A DNA stretch of 64,000 nucleotides from an uncultured Sphaerobacteraceae bacterium (GCA_964610045.1 CAZSUN010000005.1:15787-79786); one strand, 5' to 3'. Counted from the stretch's first letter, positions 8,679 to 17,730 are shown. Notes: generated by a model from the sequence alone, not told the origin. A program made the numbers and translations.

Positions 8679-10238
8679 ATGGTCGATTTTCACACCCCGG
8701 AGGCCCGCGCCGCTGTTGCCTTGCCACCGACCCTCGACGAAGTGCGGGTCAGGTTCGCGCCGAGTCCCACCGGATCGCTGCACATCGGTGGCGCCCGGCT
8801 GATGATGTACAACGTCCTGTTCGCGCACGGGCAGGCGAAACGAGCCGGCAAGAAGGGGACCGTCATCCTCCGGATCGAGGATACGGACCAGAAGCGGTTC
8901 GTCGAAGGCGCGGCCGAAGGCCTGATGACCGGTCTCCGCTGGCTCGATCTTGAATGGGACGAAGGTCCGGACGTGGGGGGCGACTACGGCCCCTACGTGC
9001 AGAGCGAGCGGACGCACGTCTACCGCGACGTGGCGGAGCACCTGGTGGAGACCGGACACGCCTACCATTGCTTCTGCACGCCGGAACGATTACAGCAGGT
9101 CCGCGACGAGCAGGTGAAGCGCAACCTGCCGCCCGGCTACGATCGCCTCTGCCGCGACCTGTCCGCTGACGAGGTGCGGGCACGTCTCGACGCCGGTGAA
9201 CCATCGGTGATCCGGTTCAAGATGCCACTCGATGGTGAAACCCGTCTCGTGGACCTGCTCCGCGGCGAGATCATCTACCGGAACGAGACGATCGAGGACC
9301 TGGTCATCCTGAAGTCTGACGGCTTCCCGACGTATCACCTGGCGGTCGTGGTGGACGACCATGCCATGCGGGTGACCCATGTGACCCGGGGGCCGGAATG
9401 GATCCCAACCTGGCCGATCCACTTCCAGCTCTACCGTGCGCTCGAATGGGACATGCCGATTTTCGCGCACATGCCGCTGATCCTCTCGCCAACCGGCGGC
9501 AAGCTCTCCAAGCGCGACGGCAGCGCTTCACTGGCGGACTTCCACGAGCGCGGTTACCTGCCCGAGGCGTTGTTGAACTACCTTGCCCTCCTGGGCTGGA
9601 GCCTTGATGGCAAGACCGAATTCTTCACGATCGATGATCTGCTCGAACATTTCACGATCGAGCGCGTGAGCGCGGCGCCAAGCACATTCGACCGCGACAA
9701 GCTCGACTGGCTCAACCAGCAGTGGATCAACCACCACATCACGGTGGAGAGCCTGGCCGAGCGCGTGTTGCCGTTCCTGATCGCCGGTGGCACGATCGAA
9801 CCCGGACCGGCCGATGGCACCCATCCCCGATTCCCCGATGTACTGACCGCATCACGATTGCTGAAGGACCGGATCCGGCACTTGACCGAGGCTCCGGACC
9901 TGATGTCGTATTTCCTGCAAGACGAACTGGCGCCATATGATCCGGCGCTCCTGGCGCCGAAGAAGGTTGAGCCCGGACAGGCGCGCGAGATGCTGGAAGC
10001 GGTGCGCGACCGGTTGCCTTCGATCCCGCTTGAGAACCACGACGAGGCGGAGGCCAGCCTGCGGGCCCTGGCAGACGAATTGGGTGTGAAGGCCGGGCAA
10101 CTCTTCATGCCGATCAGGGTGGCCGTGACCGGACGAACCCAGTCGCCGGGACTGTTCGACACCCTGGCGGCGATTGGCAAGGATCGCGTAGCCCGAAGGG
10201 TCGAGCAGGCGATCGCGATGCTTGCGGATCAGGATTAG
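8679..10238 (+). CDS. gltX: Glutamate--tRNA ligase
   Basis: RFAPSPTGSLHIGGAR (HIGH) and KLSKRDG (KMSKS) motifs. Start moved to ATG 8679 (MVDFHTPE). The track N-terminal extension from 8253 overlaps the previous gene. Confidence 0.92.
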   Translation: MVDFHTPEARAAVALPPTLDEVRVRFAPSPTGSLHIGGARLMMYNVLFAHGQAKRAGKKGTVILRIEDTDQKRFVEGAAEGLMTGLRWLDLEWDEGPDVGGDYGPYVQSERTHVYRDVAEHLVETGHAYHCFCTPERLQQVRDEQVKRNLPPGYDRLCRDLSADEVRARLDAGEPSVIRFKMPLDGETRLVDLLRGEIIYRNETIEDLVILKSDGFPTYHLAVVVDDHAMRVTHVTRGPEWIPTWPIHFQLYRALEWDMPIFAHMPLILSPTGGKLSKRDGSASLADFHERGYLPEALLNYLALLGWSLDGKTEFFTIDDLLEHFTIERVSAAPSTFDRDKLDWLNQQWINHHITVESLAERVLPFLIAGGTIEPGPADGTHPRFPDVLTASRLLKDRIRHLTEAPDLMSYFLQDELAPYDPALLAPKKVEPGQAREMLEAVRDRLPSIPLENHDEAEASLRALADELGVKAGQLFMPIRVAVTGRTQSPGLFDTLAAIGKDRVARRVEQAIAMLADQD

Positions 10239-10256
10239 CCCAAAGGAACGGACCTC

Positions 10257-10862
10257 GTGGAATCGCCACCAATGCTGACGACGATCTGCCTCGTACGACA
10301 CGGCGAAACGGAATGGAACCGGACAGGACGTTACCAGGGGCAGACCGACATTCCGCTCAACGAGACTGGCCTGTCCCAAGCGGCGATCGTTGCCAGGACC
10401 ATTGTCGAGGGTCCGACCTGGGACGCAATCGTGAGCAGCCCCCTGTCTCGCGCCCGGCAAACGGCCGAAGCGATCGCGGATGCCATCGGCATTACGGACA
10501 TCAAGCTCGATGCCGATCTCCAGGAACGTGGATATGGCGAAGCCGAAGGCCTGACACTCGTCGAGCGGCTCGACCGGTGGACGGGAGATGACTGGCCGGG
10601 CCTCGAACCGTACGAGGCGATGCAGCAGCGCGGCGTGGCGGCGCTCGACCGGGTGGCCGCGGCTTTCCCCGGCAAGCGGGTCCTCGTGGTGTGTCATGGT
10701 GGCCTGATGAATGCCGTACTCGCCCATCATTCCGGTGGAGAGCACGGCACCGGTATCACCGTGATCCTCAATACGGCCAGGACGCACTTAACTCATGATG
10801 GCGATGCCTGGGTGATCGAGTCGGTCACCGATGCCAGTCACCTGGATCCAGTGATCCGGTAA
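10257..10862 (+). CDS. Histidine phosphatase family protein (phosphoglycerate mutase-like)
   Basis: LVRHGETEWN catalytic RHG motif and VVCHGG. Confidence 0.85.
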   Translation: MESPPMLTTICLVRHGETEWNRTGRYQGQTDIPLNETGLSQAAIVARTIVEGPTWDAIVSSPLSRARQTAEAIADAIGITDIKLDADLQERGYGEAEGLTLVERLDRWTGDDWPGLEPYEAMQQRGVAALDRVAAAFPGKRVLVVCHGGLMNAVLAHHSGGEHGTGITVILNTARTHLTHDGDAWVIESVTDASHLDPVIR

Positions 10863-10929
10863 CCGGCACTGACAGGCAGGAAAGGCATCTCCTCTCTCCC
10901 AGGTGGCCTGGCCCGCAACCCCCTATTCT

Positions 10930-10952
10930 GTCATTCCGATCGCGTGCGAGGC
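10930..10952 (+). repeat. Copy of dispersed GTCATTCCGA.. repeat (forward, degenerate)
   Basis: GTCATTCCGATCGCGTGCGAGGC in the 383-nt spacer upstream of the VOC gene. Confidence 0.55.
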
Positions 10953-11143
10953 AGTGGGGCGAAGCCGAACGAGATCTCTCGGCGGAGCCGGTCCACCCCG
11001 AAAAACGGGCCGACACACCCTCGCTGACGCTCGCTGGTCGGCCCCTACAAACGACCGACCGGGCGCTGGACCACAAACTGTTCGAGAGAGAGCAGGTCGT
11101 GGGGATGGCCGGCGCCAGCGAGGGTCTGTCGGTCCGCTCGTGA

Positions 11144-11178
11144 TTGACGCATTGCACGATCGAACGTACTGTACGTTC
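11144..11178 (+). promoter_or_regulatory. Promoter-like element overlapped by perfect 8-1-8 palindrome (putative operator)
   Basis: TTGACG (11144-11149), 17 nt, TACTGT (11167-11172). The palindrome GAACGTAC-T-GTACGTTC (11162-11178) covers the -10. It lies 68 nt upstream of the VOC gene start. Confidence 0.45.
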
Positions 11179-11245
11179 AGAGCGTGCCAGTGTGTCACCT
11201 CCCATCATTCCCTGGCGTCGTCGCAGAACACGGAGAACCTTAAAC

Positions 11246-12034
11246 ATGCCAAAGCCGGACGGTATTTTCGTTGGCACTCCGATCTGGATCGATCTCTCGA
11301 CCTCGAACATCGATGCTTCCAGGGCGTTCTACAGCGCGCTGTTTGGATGGAATGTGCCGCCACCGAACGAGCAGTTCGGCGGCTACACGATGATGGATCT
11401 GGACGGCGCGCTGATAGCCGGAGCCATGCCAAAGGGGCCGGACGAAGCAGGCATGCCCGACGCCTGGACGATCTATCTCGCCAGCGACGATGCCGCGGCA
11501 TCGGTCGAGGCAGCGAAAGCAGCCGGTGGCGCGATCCTGCTGGACGCGATGGACGTTGCGGATTTCGGGCGGATGGCGATCGTCGCCGATCCTGCCGGGG
11601 CGGTATTCGGAATCTGGCAGCCCAATACCCACAAAGGCTTCGGCGCAATCGCTGAAGCATCAGCGCCAGCCTGGTTCGAACTCCAGAGCCGGAACTTCGC
11701 GGCATCGAGGTCGTTCCTGAAGGTGGTGTTCGGAGTGGAGGCGGATGACATCGACATGGGCCCTGGTGGTCCGGCGTATGCGACCATCAAGGGCGGCGGG
11801 GAGGACCGTATGGGCATCATGGATGCCACTGGCGTCCTTCCGGACGGCGTTCCCAGCATGTGGTCCGTGTACTTTGGTGTGCGGGATACCGATGCCGCCG
11901 TTGCAAAGGCGGAGGAACTGGGTGGAGCGACGCTGAGGCCGGCCGAGGATACGCCATTCGGGCGATTCGCCGTGTTGGCGGATTCGACCGGCGCGCCATT
12001 CATGGTCGTCTCGGTCCACGAGGGCGAAGCGTAG
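11246..12034 (+). CDS. Two-domain VOC (glyoxalase/bleomycin-resistance) family protein
   Basis: Repeated VOC-like halves (FYSALFGWNV..., FLKVVFGVEA...). Start at MPKPDG after the track N-terminal extension. Confidence 0.8.
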   Translation: MPKPDGIFVGTPIWIDLSTSNIDASRAFYSALFGWNVPPPNEQFGGYTMMDLDGALIAGAMPKGPDEAGMPDAWTIYLASDDAAASVEAAKAAGGAILLDAMDVADFGRMAIVADPAGAVFGIWQPNTHKGFGAIAEASAPAWFELQSRNFAASRSFLKVVFGVEADDIDMGPGGPAYATIKGGGEDRMGIMDATGVLPDGVPSMWSVYFGVRDTDAAVAKAEELGGATLRPAEDTPFGRFAVLADSTGAPFMVVSVHEGEA

Positions 12035-12160
12035 CGCCAGCGACAACGGGCAAGCTGCGTCCGCCGCTCCCGCAGGACTCGACAGACCGCTGCCTCCGGG
12101 TGAAGATGCCGGAATGGCGGACAACGCCACAGGCTTCCGAACCCTCACGCGAGGCACTGC

Positions 12161-13273
12161 ATGACAGACTCACCGGTCACGCTCGCCAGTCTCGGCCTGA
12201 AACCCGTCATCAACGCGTCGGCCACCCTGACGACGCTGGGGGGGTCACGGATGCCGCCCGAGGTCGTGGCGGCGATGGTAGAAGGCTCCAGGTCATTCGT
12301 CGATTGGCCGAACCTGCAGCGGGCCGTTGGCCGGCGGATCGCCGAGCTAACCCACAACGAGGCGTGCTACATCTCCTCGGGGGCAGCGGCGGGCATCGTG
12401 GCGGCAGTCTCTTCGGTGCTTACCGGCAATGATCCCGTGAAGATCGCCGCCTTCCCGCACCTGACCGGTTTCGACCGGACGGAGTTGATCGTCCACCGCT
12501 CGCAGCGGAACGGATATGACTACGCCGCTCGCCAAACCGGGGCGACGTTCGTCGAAATCGGCGATTCGCTGGGCGAACTCGAAACCGCGATCAACGACCG
12601 GACTGCTGCGGTCCTGTGGTTCGCCGGCCGCCTGGCAAGCACATCGCCCGACTTGGCCGACGTCATCGCGCTCGCCCACGCCCATCACGTTCCGGTCATC
12701 GTGGATGCCGCCGCCCAAATCCCGAAGATGGAAAACCTCTGGCGGTTCACACGCGATCTCGGGGCAGACATCGCGATCTTCAGCGGCGGCAAAGGCATGC
12801 GTGGACCGCAATCGAGCGGACTGGTCCTTGGCCGGGCCGACCTGATCGAAGGGTGCATCGCCAACGGATCGCCCAATTCCACCATCGGCCGGCCAATGAA
12901 GGTGGGCAAGGAGGAGTTGTTCGGTATCCTCGCCGCAGTGGAGTGGAGTCTGGCCCAGGACGAGGAGGCCACCATTGCACGGTACGAGCAGATCGTGCAA
13001 TCGTGGGTTTCAGCGTTGAGTGAACTTCCCGGCGTGACGGTGGAGCGAGGATTTCCAAGTGAAGCCGGTCAGCCGATGCCGCGGGCGATGGTGACCCTCG
13101 GCAAGGGCTCCAAACTCAAGGCTTCTGAACTCGTAACCGCGCTCTGGAATCAGGATCCGGCCATCGCCATCAGTCAGATCGGCGAGGACTCGGTAGCGCT
13201 CAACCCGCAAACGCTCGACAGTGACGAGGACGTGATCGTGGCCGAAGCGATCAGGGATCTGCTCGGCGCTTGA
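12161..13273 (+). CDS. SelA-like PLP-dependent enzyme (DgaE-like aminotransferase/ammonia-lyase family)
   Basis: PVINASATLTTLGGS N-terminus and FSGGKGMRGPQSSG (putative PLP-lysine) resemble the L-seryl-tRNA selenium transferase-related family. Confidence 0.75.
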   Translation: MTDSPVTLASLGLKPVINASATLTTLGGSRMPPEVVAAMVEGSRSFVDWPNLQRAVGRRIAELTHNEACYISSGAAAGIVAAVSSVLTGNDPVKIAAFPHLTGFDRTELIVHRSQRNGYDYAARQTGATFVEIGDSLGELETAINDRTAAVLWFAGRLASTSPDLADVIALAHAHHVPVIVDAAAQIPKMENLWRFTRDLGADIAIFSGGKGMRGPQSSGLVLGRADLIEGCIANGSPNSTIGRPMKVGKEELFGILAAVEWSLAQDEEATIARYEQIVQSWVSALSELPGVTVERGFPSEAGQPMPRAMVTLGKGSKLKASELVTALWNQDPAIAISQIGEDSVALNPQTLDSDEDVIVAEAIRDLLGA

Positions 13274-13315
13274 ACGACAACGTCAACTCAGCCGCAACGA
13301 AAGGACATCACGACG

Positions 13316-13768
13316 ATGGCGCATCCGGACGAACGACTGGCAGACCTCGGTATCGAAATCTCAGAGAAGACGACCTTCCACCCAGCTGTGGCGATCGGGG
13401 TGATCTCCGGCAACCTGCTCTATCTCTCCGGATCGACGCCGACAGACCCGCGCTGGAAGGGGCGGGTCGGTGAGGCATTGACCGTCGAGGAGGGTTACCA
13501 GGCGGCACGCGATTGCGCGATCAACCAGGTGGCCGCCGCGAAGACGGTCCTCGGCGACCTTGGCCGGGTGAAACGCGTGGTGAAGGTGCTCGGGATGGTC
13601 AACGCGGCACCCGGTTTCCCGGACACCCCGGCCGTTGTCCACGGTGCGTCCGAGTTGTACTACGCGGTGTTTGGCGAGGCCGGGGTCCACGCACGGTCCG
13701 CTGTCGGATTGCAGGCGCTCCCGTCGGATGTCGCGGTCGAGGTAGAGACCATTTTCGAAATCGAATAG
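13316..13768 (+). CDS. RidA/YjgF family protein
   Basis: 150 aa. GNLLYLSGSTP and ARSAVGLQALP...VEVE motifs typical of the RidA/Rid family. Confidence 0.85.
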   Translation: MAHPDERLADLGIEISEKTTFHPAVAIGVISGNLLYLSGSTPTDPRWKGRVGEALTVEEGYQAARDCAINQVAAAKTVLGDLGRVKRVVKVLGMVNAAPGFPDTPAVVHGASELYYAVFGEAGVHARSAVGLQALPSDVAVEVETIFEIE

Positions 13769-14080
13769 TTACGCCGCATCCTGCGACAGGATGCCAGTGG
13801 CGACAGGATCCATAGGCACGAGCTTCGATTCCGCCGCCGTGACTCCCCGGCGGGGATTCGGAAACGCGGGCAGGATCGACCTCACCGCGTGGCGACGTGG
13901 CACGGTTGGAGGCGCCGGCGTAATCACGATGCCCTTATAGGGTTGACGGTCCGCCTTGATGCCGAGAATCCGTCCGGTGGCGCGATCGACTTTTGCGAAT
14001 CTGCCGTTCGGAAGCCGGTATTGGGTCCGGCCGCGGACAGCGCCGCGTCGGCCGCCGGGTCGGTTACGTGCCATGTGCAA
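13769..14080 (-). CDS. Small, very basic hypothetical protein
   Basis: AGGAG about 9 nt upstream of ATG 14074 (TTG 14080 in the track), and TATAAT on the minus strand at 14119-14124. Arg/Pro-rich 101-103 aa. No family recognised. Confidence 0.4.
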   Translation of the reverse strand: MHMARNRPGGRRGAVRGRTQYRLPNGRFAKVDRATGRILGIKADRQPYKGIVITPAPPTVPRRHAVRSILPAFPNPRRGVTAAESKLVPMDPVATGILSQDAA

Positions 14081-14226
14081 GTGCTCCTGAAACGAGAATC
14101 CATCGATCGTATTGACATATTATACAGCATGACGCGGCTTCCTGCCAGCCTGCGGAGGGGCGAATGCTATACTTCGTCGTTACGTTGTTGGCTCTGGCAC
14201 TGCATTTCCCAGGAGTACCCCGCGGC

Positions 14227-14973
14227 ATGTCCGGACATTCAAAATGGTCGACGATCAAGCGCAAGAAGGGCGCGGCTGACGCCAAGCGCGGCCAGCTCTT
14301 CACCAAGCTTGCGCGCGAAATAACGGTGGCGGCACGAGCTGGAAGTCCCGATCCGGACGCGAACGCGCGTTTGAGGATCGCGATCCAGAAAGCGCGGGCC
14401 GAGAGCATGCCGAAGGACAACATCGATCGCGCCATTGCCCGGGCGGTGGGCGATAACTCCGCTGACCAGTACGAAGAGATTTACTACGAGGGCTACGGTC
14501 CGGGCGGAACCGCGATCATGATCCTGACCATGACCGATAACCGGAACCGGACGGTCGGCGAGTTGCGGGCCGTGCTGACGCGGTCGGGCGGGACGCTCGG
14601 TGAGAACGGCAGTGTCGGCTGGATGTTCGATCAGACCGGTGTGGTAACGATTCCCCTCAATGGCAAGGATGAAGACGAGCTCGCGATGGCGGCGATTGAT
14701 GCCGGCGCTGTCGACTACTCGGTCGACGATGGAGTCGTCGAAGTGTTCACCGAACCGGGAGAACTCCACAAGGTCGCGGAATCGATGGGCAGCGCGGGGT
14801 TCGAAGTGGACAACGCCGAACTGATGATGAAGCCGACCACCATGCTTCAACCTGAACCTGATCAGGCTGTCAAGGCGATTCGACTCCTGGAGAAACTCGA
14901 AGACCTCGACGACGTGCAATCGGTCTATTCCAACCTGGACATTTCCGACGAGGTCCTGGCCCAGGTCAGCTAG
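14227..14973 (+). CDS. yebC: YebC/PmpR family DNA-binding transcriptional regulator
   Basis: MSGHSKWSTIKRKKGAADAKRG N-terminus. An extended -10-like TGCTATACT lies at 14165-14173. Confidence 0.92.
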   Translation: MSGHSKWSTIKRKKGAADAKRGQLFTKLAREITVAARAGSPDPDANARLRIAIQKARAESMPKDNIDRAIARAVGDNSADQYEEIYYEGYGPGGTAIMILTMTDNRNRTVGELRAVLTRSGGTLGENGSVGWMFDQTGVVTIPLNGKDEDELAMAAIDAGAVDYSVDDGVVEVFTEPGELHKVAESMGSAGFEVDNAELMMKPTTMLQPEPDQAVKAIRLLEKLEDLDDVQSVYSNLDISDEVLAQVS

Positions 14974-14985
14974 GCGGACCGCGAG

Positions 14986-15513
14986 TTGCCTGGAACCGAT
15001 CGACAATCCGTAACGCTCGGAATCGACCCCGGAACCGCCATCCTCGGTTTCGGGGTCATTCGTGGTGATACCGATCCGGTCCTGGTCGATGTTGGCGCGA
15101 TCGAAACGGATGCGAAAGCGCCGATGCCGGAGCGCCTGCTCATCCTCCACAAGGAGATCTGTCGCCTCATAGCTGACTTCCACCCGGATGTGGTCGCTGT
15201 GGAGCAACTGTTCTTCGCGCGCAACGTTACGACGGCCATCGCCGTTGGGCAGGCGAGGGGGGTCGTATTGCTGGCAGCCGCGCAGGCCGGAATCGAGGTC
15301 GCCGAGTACAGTCCCTCCGAGGTCAAGTTCGCGGTGGCCGGCTATGGCAAGGCGGAGAAGAAGCAGATGCAGGAAATGGTCAGGATCATCCTGAACCTGG
15401 ACCATGCGCCCCAGCCCGACGACGCGGCCGATGCCCTGGCCATCGCGCTCTGTCACGCACAGACGGCGCCTTTTGCGGCTCGGGTCGCCCAAACGAAATC
15501 CGGGTGGTCGTAG
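14986..15513 (+). CDS. ruvC: Crossover junction endodeoxyribonuclease RuvC
   Basis: LGIDPGTAILGFGVI, VAVEQLFF and DAADALAIALCH motifs. TTG start. Confidence 0.9.
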   Translation: MPGTDRQSVTLGIDPGTAILGFGVIRGDTDPVLVDVGAIETDAKAPMPERLLILHKEICRLIADFHPDVVAVEQLFFARNVTTAIAVGQARGVVLLAAAQAGIEVAEYSPSEVKFAVAGYGKAEKKQMQEMVRIILNLDHAPQPDDAADALAIALCHAQTAPFAARVAQTKSGWS

Positions 15514-15524
15514 AGGTGGCGAAG

Positions 15525-16313
15525 ATGCGGCTCGACCAGCGTGTCGCTGGTGACGGTTTGGCAGACACCCGCTCGCGGGCACGGGCGATGATCCTGGCTG
15601 GAGATGTGCTCGTCAACGGGCAGGCGGAGACACGGGCCGGGCATCCGGTTGGCGAGTTGGATGCGGTTTCGCTGCGTCAGAAGCCGCGCTTCGTCAGCCG
15701 AGGTGGCGAAAAGCTCGACCATGCCCTCGTCGCATTCGGCATCGATCCTGATGGGATGGCCACCGCCGACCTGGGAGCGAGCACGGGCGGATTTTCGGAT
15801 TGCCTGCTCCAACGCGGCGCGGCGCGAATCTACGCGGTTGATGTTGGGCACGGACAGCTCGACCTCAAGGTCCGCAACGATCCGCGGGTGGTGGTGATGG
15901 AGAAGACGAACGCCCGCTATCTTGAATCGTTGCCGGAGCCAGTCGATCTGGTCGTGATCGATGTGTCCTTTATCTCCCTGGACCTGATCTTCCCGGTCGT
16001 GGCGCGGCTGTTGAGTGACGACGGCATCTGCGTGCCGCTGATCAAACCGCAGTTCGAAGCGGGACGTGACGAGATCGGGAAGGGCGGTGTCGTGCGCGAT
16101 CCCGCGATTCACCGCCGGGTTCTCGAACGAACCCTCGAATCGGCCATCCGCAACGACCTCGGGCCGGTGGGCGTGGTTGCGTCTCCACTCCAGGGGCCTG
16201 CCGGCAACATCGAGTTCCTGGCGCACCTCCTGCGTGGAGCCGAACCCGGACCAACTGGTGCATTGATCGACAGCGCTCTCGCCGAAGCGTCCCGTTTTGG
16301 AGCAAGTGAATGA
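15525..16313 (+). CDS. tlyA: TlyA family rRNA (cytidine-2'-O)-methyltransferase
   Basis: S4-like N-terminus (SRARAMILAGDVLVNG), FVSRGGEKL, and SAM motif DLGASTGGFSDCLL. GAGGTGG SD upstream of ATG 15525. Confidence 0.88.
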   Translation: MRLDQRVAGDGLADTRSRARAMILAGDVLVNGQAETRAGHPVGELDAVSLRQKPRFVSRGGEKLDHALVAFGIDPDGMATADLGASTGGFSDCLLQRGAARIYAVDVGHGQLDLKVRNDPRVVVMEKTNARYLESLPEPVDLVVIDVSFISLDLIFPVVARLLSDDGICVPLIKPQFEAGRDEIGKGGVVRDPAIHRRVLERTLESAIRNDLGPVGVVASPLQGPAGNIEFLAHLLRGAEPGPTGALIDSALAEASRFGASE

Positions 16314-17068
16314 TCCGCGATCCGTTCGACGCCGTCCGCCGTGCCCTTGCCGCACCACCGGAGGATCCGTCCGAACCGGTGCCGGCGCTCCGTCTCGATC
16401 CCGGGCGGCGGGAGCGAACCGGCATCCCGGAAGTGGTGCTGGCGGAGCGGAAGACCACCGAGGAGGTTGCGATTTCGCTGTCTCGCCTTGCAGAAGCACA
16501 GGGACGGGCGATTGCGAGCCGGGTCACGCCAGATCAAGCAACGGTCCTCCCGAGATTGCTGGCGGCAGATCTGGGCGTCAGTGTTGATGAGGTGGCCCGA
16601 ACTGCGGTGGCGTGGGTGCCAGGCCAGGAAGAGGCAGCACGAACAGGCGGGCGGGTTGCCATCATCAGCGCTGGTGCGTCGGACCGGCCGATTGCCCGCG
16701 AGGCCACGATTATGGCGGTCGAGATGGGCTGCGATGTGGTCACGGTCGCCGATGTCGGAGTGGCAGGGTTGCACCGGCTGGTGCGGCCGTTGGAGCGGAT
16801 CGCCGAGTTCGATCCGCACTCGGTGATCGTTGCCGCGGGAATGGATGGCGCACTGCCGTCGGTGGTGGCGGGTCTCGTGCCATACCCGGTGATCGGGCTG
16901 CCCGTGAGCGTTGGCTACGGCTATGGTGGCGACGGCACCGGGGCGCTGATGAGCATGTTGCAGTCGTGCGCGCCGGGGCTGGCGGTCGTGAATATCGACA
17001 ACGGGATCGGCGCTGGAGCAATGGCTGCGCTGATCGCCAATCGCGCATCGGCGGGTATCACGATCTGA
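16310..17068 (+). CDS. larB: Nickel pincer cofactor biosynthesis protein LarB (PurE-like carboxylase/hydrolase)
   Basis: RTGIPEVVLAERKT, RVAIISAGASDRPIA and DVGVAGLHRL motifs. ATGA overlap with the tlyA stop. Confidence 0.8.
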   Translation: MIRDPFDAVRRALAAPPEDPSEPVPALRLDPGRRERTGIPEVVLAERKTTEEVAISLSRLAEAQGRAIASRVTPDQATVLPRLLAADLGVSVDEVARTAVAWVPGQEEAARTGGRVAIISAGASDRPIAREATIMAVEMGCDVVTVADVGVAGLHRLVRPLERIAEFDPHSVIVAAGMDGALPSVVAGLVPYPVIGLPVSVGYGYGGDGTGALMSMLQSCAPGLAVVNIDNGIGAGAMAALIANRASAGITI

Positions 17069-17473
17069 CGAGGCCCTGCCAGGAAACCGCCTGGGGGGCA
17101 TCCGTTTGGGCGAAGTCGTTCCCGGTGAAGAGCAGTGGCTCGTTCTGCTCGGTCGCAAGAGCGTAGCCGAAACAATCGCCGAAGTTCAGTTGGGCGGGAT
17201 GCCCACGACCCTTGCCGAGCTGGTGGTATGCACTTCGAGTAATTCGTGCCTGCGAATCCGTCACTGGCACAATCTCGATGGCATACCGTTGCCGCAGGTC
17301 TTCAAAGACCGCGTCGGCCAGCTGATCCTGCTTCCTCCCGATTGCCACGAAATTTCGACCAGGATCCCGGCCGACATCGGGTTTGCAGCGTGGGTTTCGA
17401 GCGCGACAAGGCAATCACTTGCTGCGGGTTCTTTCCGAAGGAGGGCGATGACCGAAGAGGTATCAACAATCAC
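17058..17473 (-). pseudogene. vapC: PIN-domain toxin VapC, disrupted by a 1-nt frameshift
   Basis: GTG start overlaps the vapB stop (GTGA at 17470-17473). The N-terminal part VIVDTSSVIALL...SAGILVEIS is in one frame. The C-terminal part VAIGRK...LNFGDCFGYALA...LLFTGNDFAQTD is in another. The frames join at about 17348-17350 if one nt is restored. Confidence 0.7.
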
Positions 17474-17730
17474 CTGGGAAGTCCGGACTCGTCGTAGAGT
17501 TCGTCGGTCGGATCGTGACTCAGCCATTCCGGATCGGACGACTCACGTATTCTTCTCTCAAGGTCAAGGAAACACTGAACCCGCTCCTCGTTGATCGGCG
17601 GCTCATGCCGGCTGTCCAGTTCCTTGCGTGCAAGGTCGATGACTACCGTCGTCATGGTCTTGCCGTCTCGCTCGGCGAGTTCCTTGACCAGGCGATATGC
17701 TTCTTCGCTCTCGATCGTCAATGTGGGCAT
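17470..17730 (-). CDS. vapB: Type II antitoxin VapB (Rv0623-like)
   Basis: MPTLTIESEEAYRLVKELAERDGKTMTTVV resembles the Rv0623/PSK antitoxin N-terminus. AGGAGG SD at 17736-17741. Confidence 0.75.
   Translation of the reverse strand: MPTLTIESEEAYRLVKELAERDGKTMTTVVIDLARKELDSRHEPPINEERVQCFLDLERRIRESSDPEWLSHDPTDELYDESGLPR

Noticed and set aside
11162-11178. LexA/SOS (Cheo) box interpretation of the palindrome
   Set aside because: GAAC and GTTC are separated by 9 nt, not 4, so it does not fit the known consensus. It is kept only as a generic operator candidate.
14239-15582. 447-aa antisense ORF across yebC-ruvC. Similar long antisense ORFs lie at 9852-10787, 27141-28502, 28784-29968, 29978-31132, 33098-34657, 35554-36519, 38363-39418, 54522-56153 and 61495-62814.
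   Set aside because: All lie opposite genes with unambiguous family motifs (yebC, ruvC, gltX, ilvB, ilvN/C, leuA/C/B, parB, TPP enzyme, holA). They have Arg/Pro-rich low-complexity translations.
17345-17360. Programmed -1 frameshift at GAAATTTCG in vapC
   Set aside because: The 0-frame codons (GAA ATT TCG) do not form an X XXY YYZ slippery heptamer, and no downstream pseudoknot is evident. A simple 1-nt deletion or a sequencing error explains it better.
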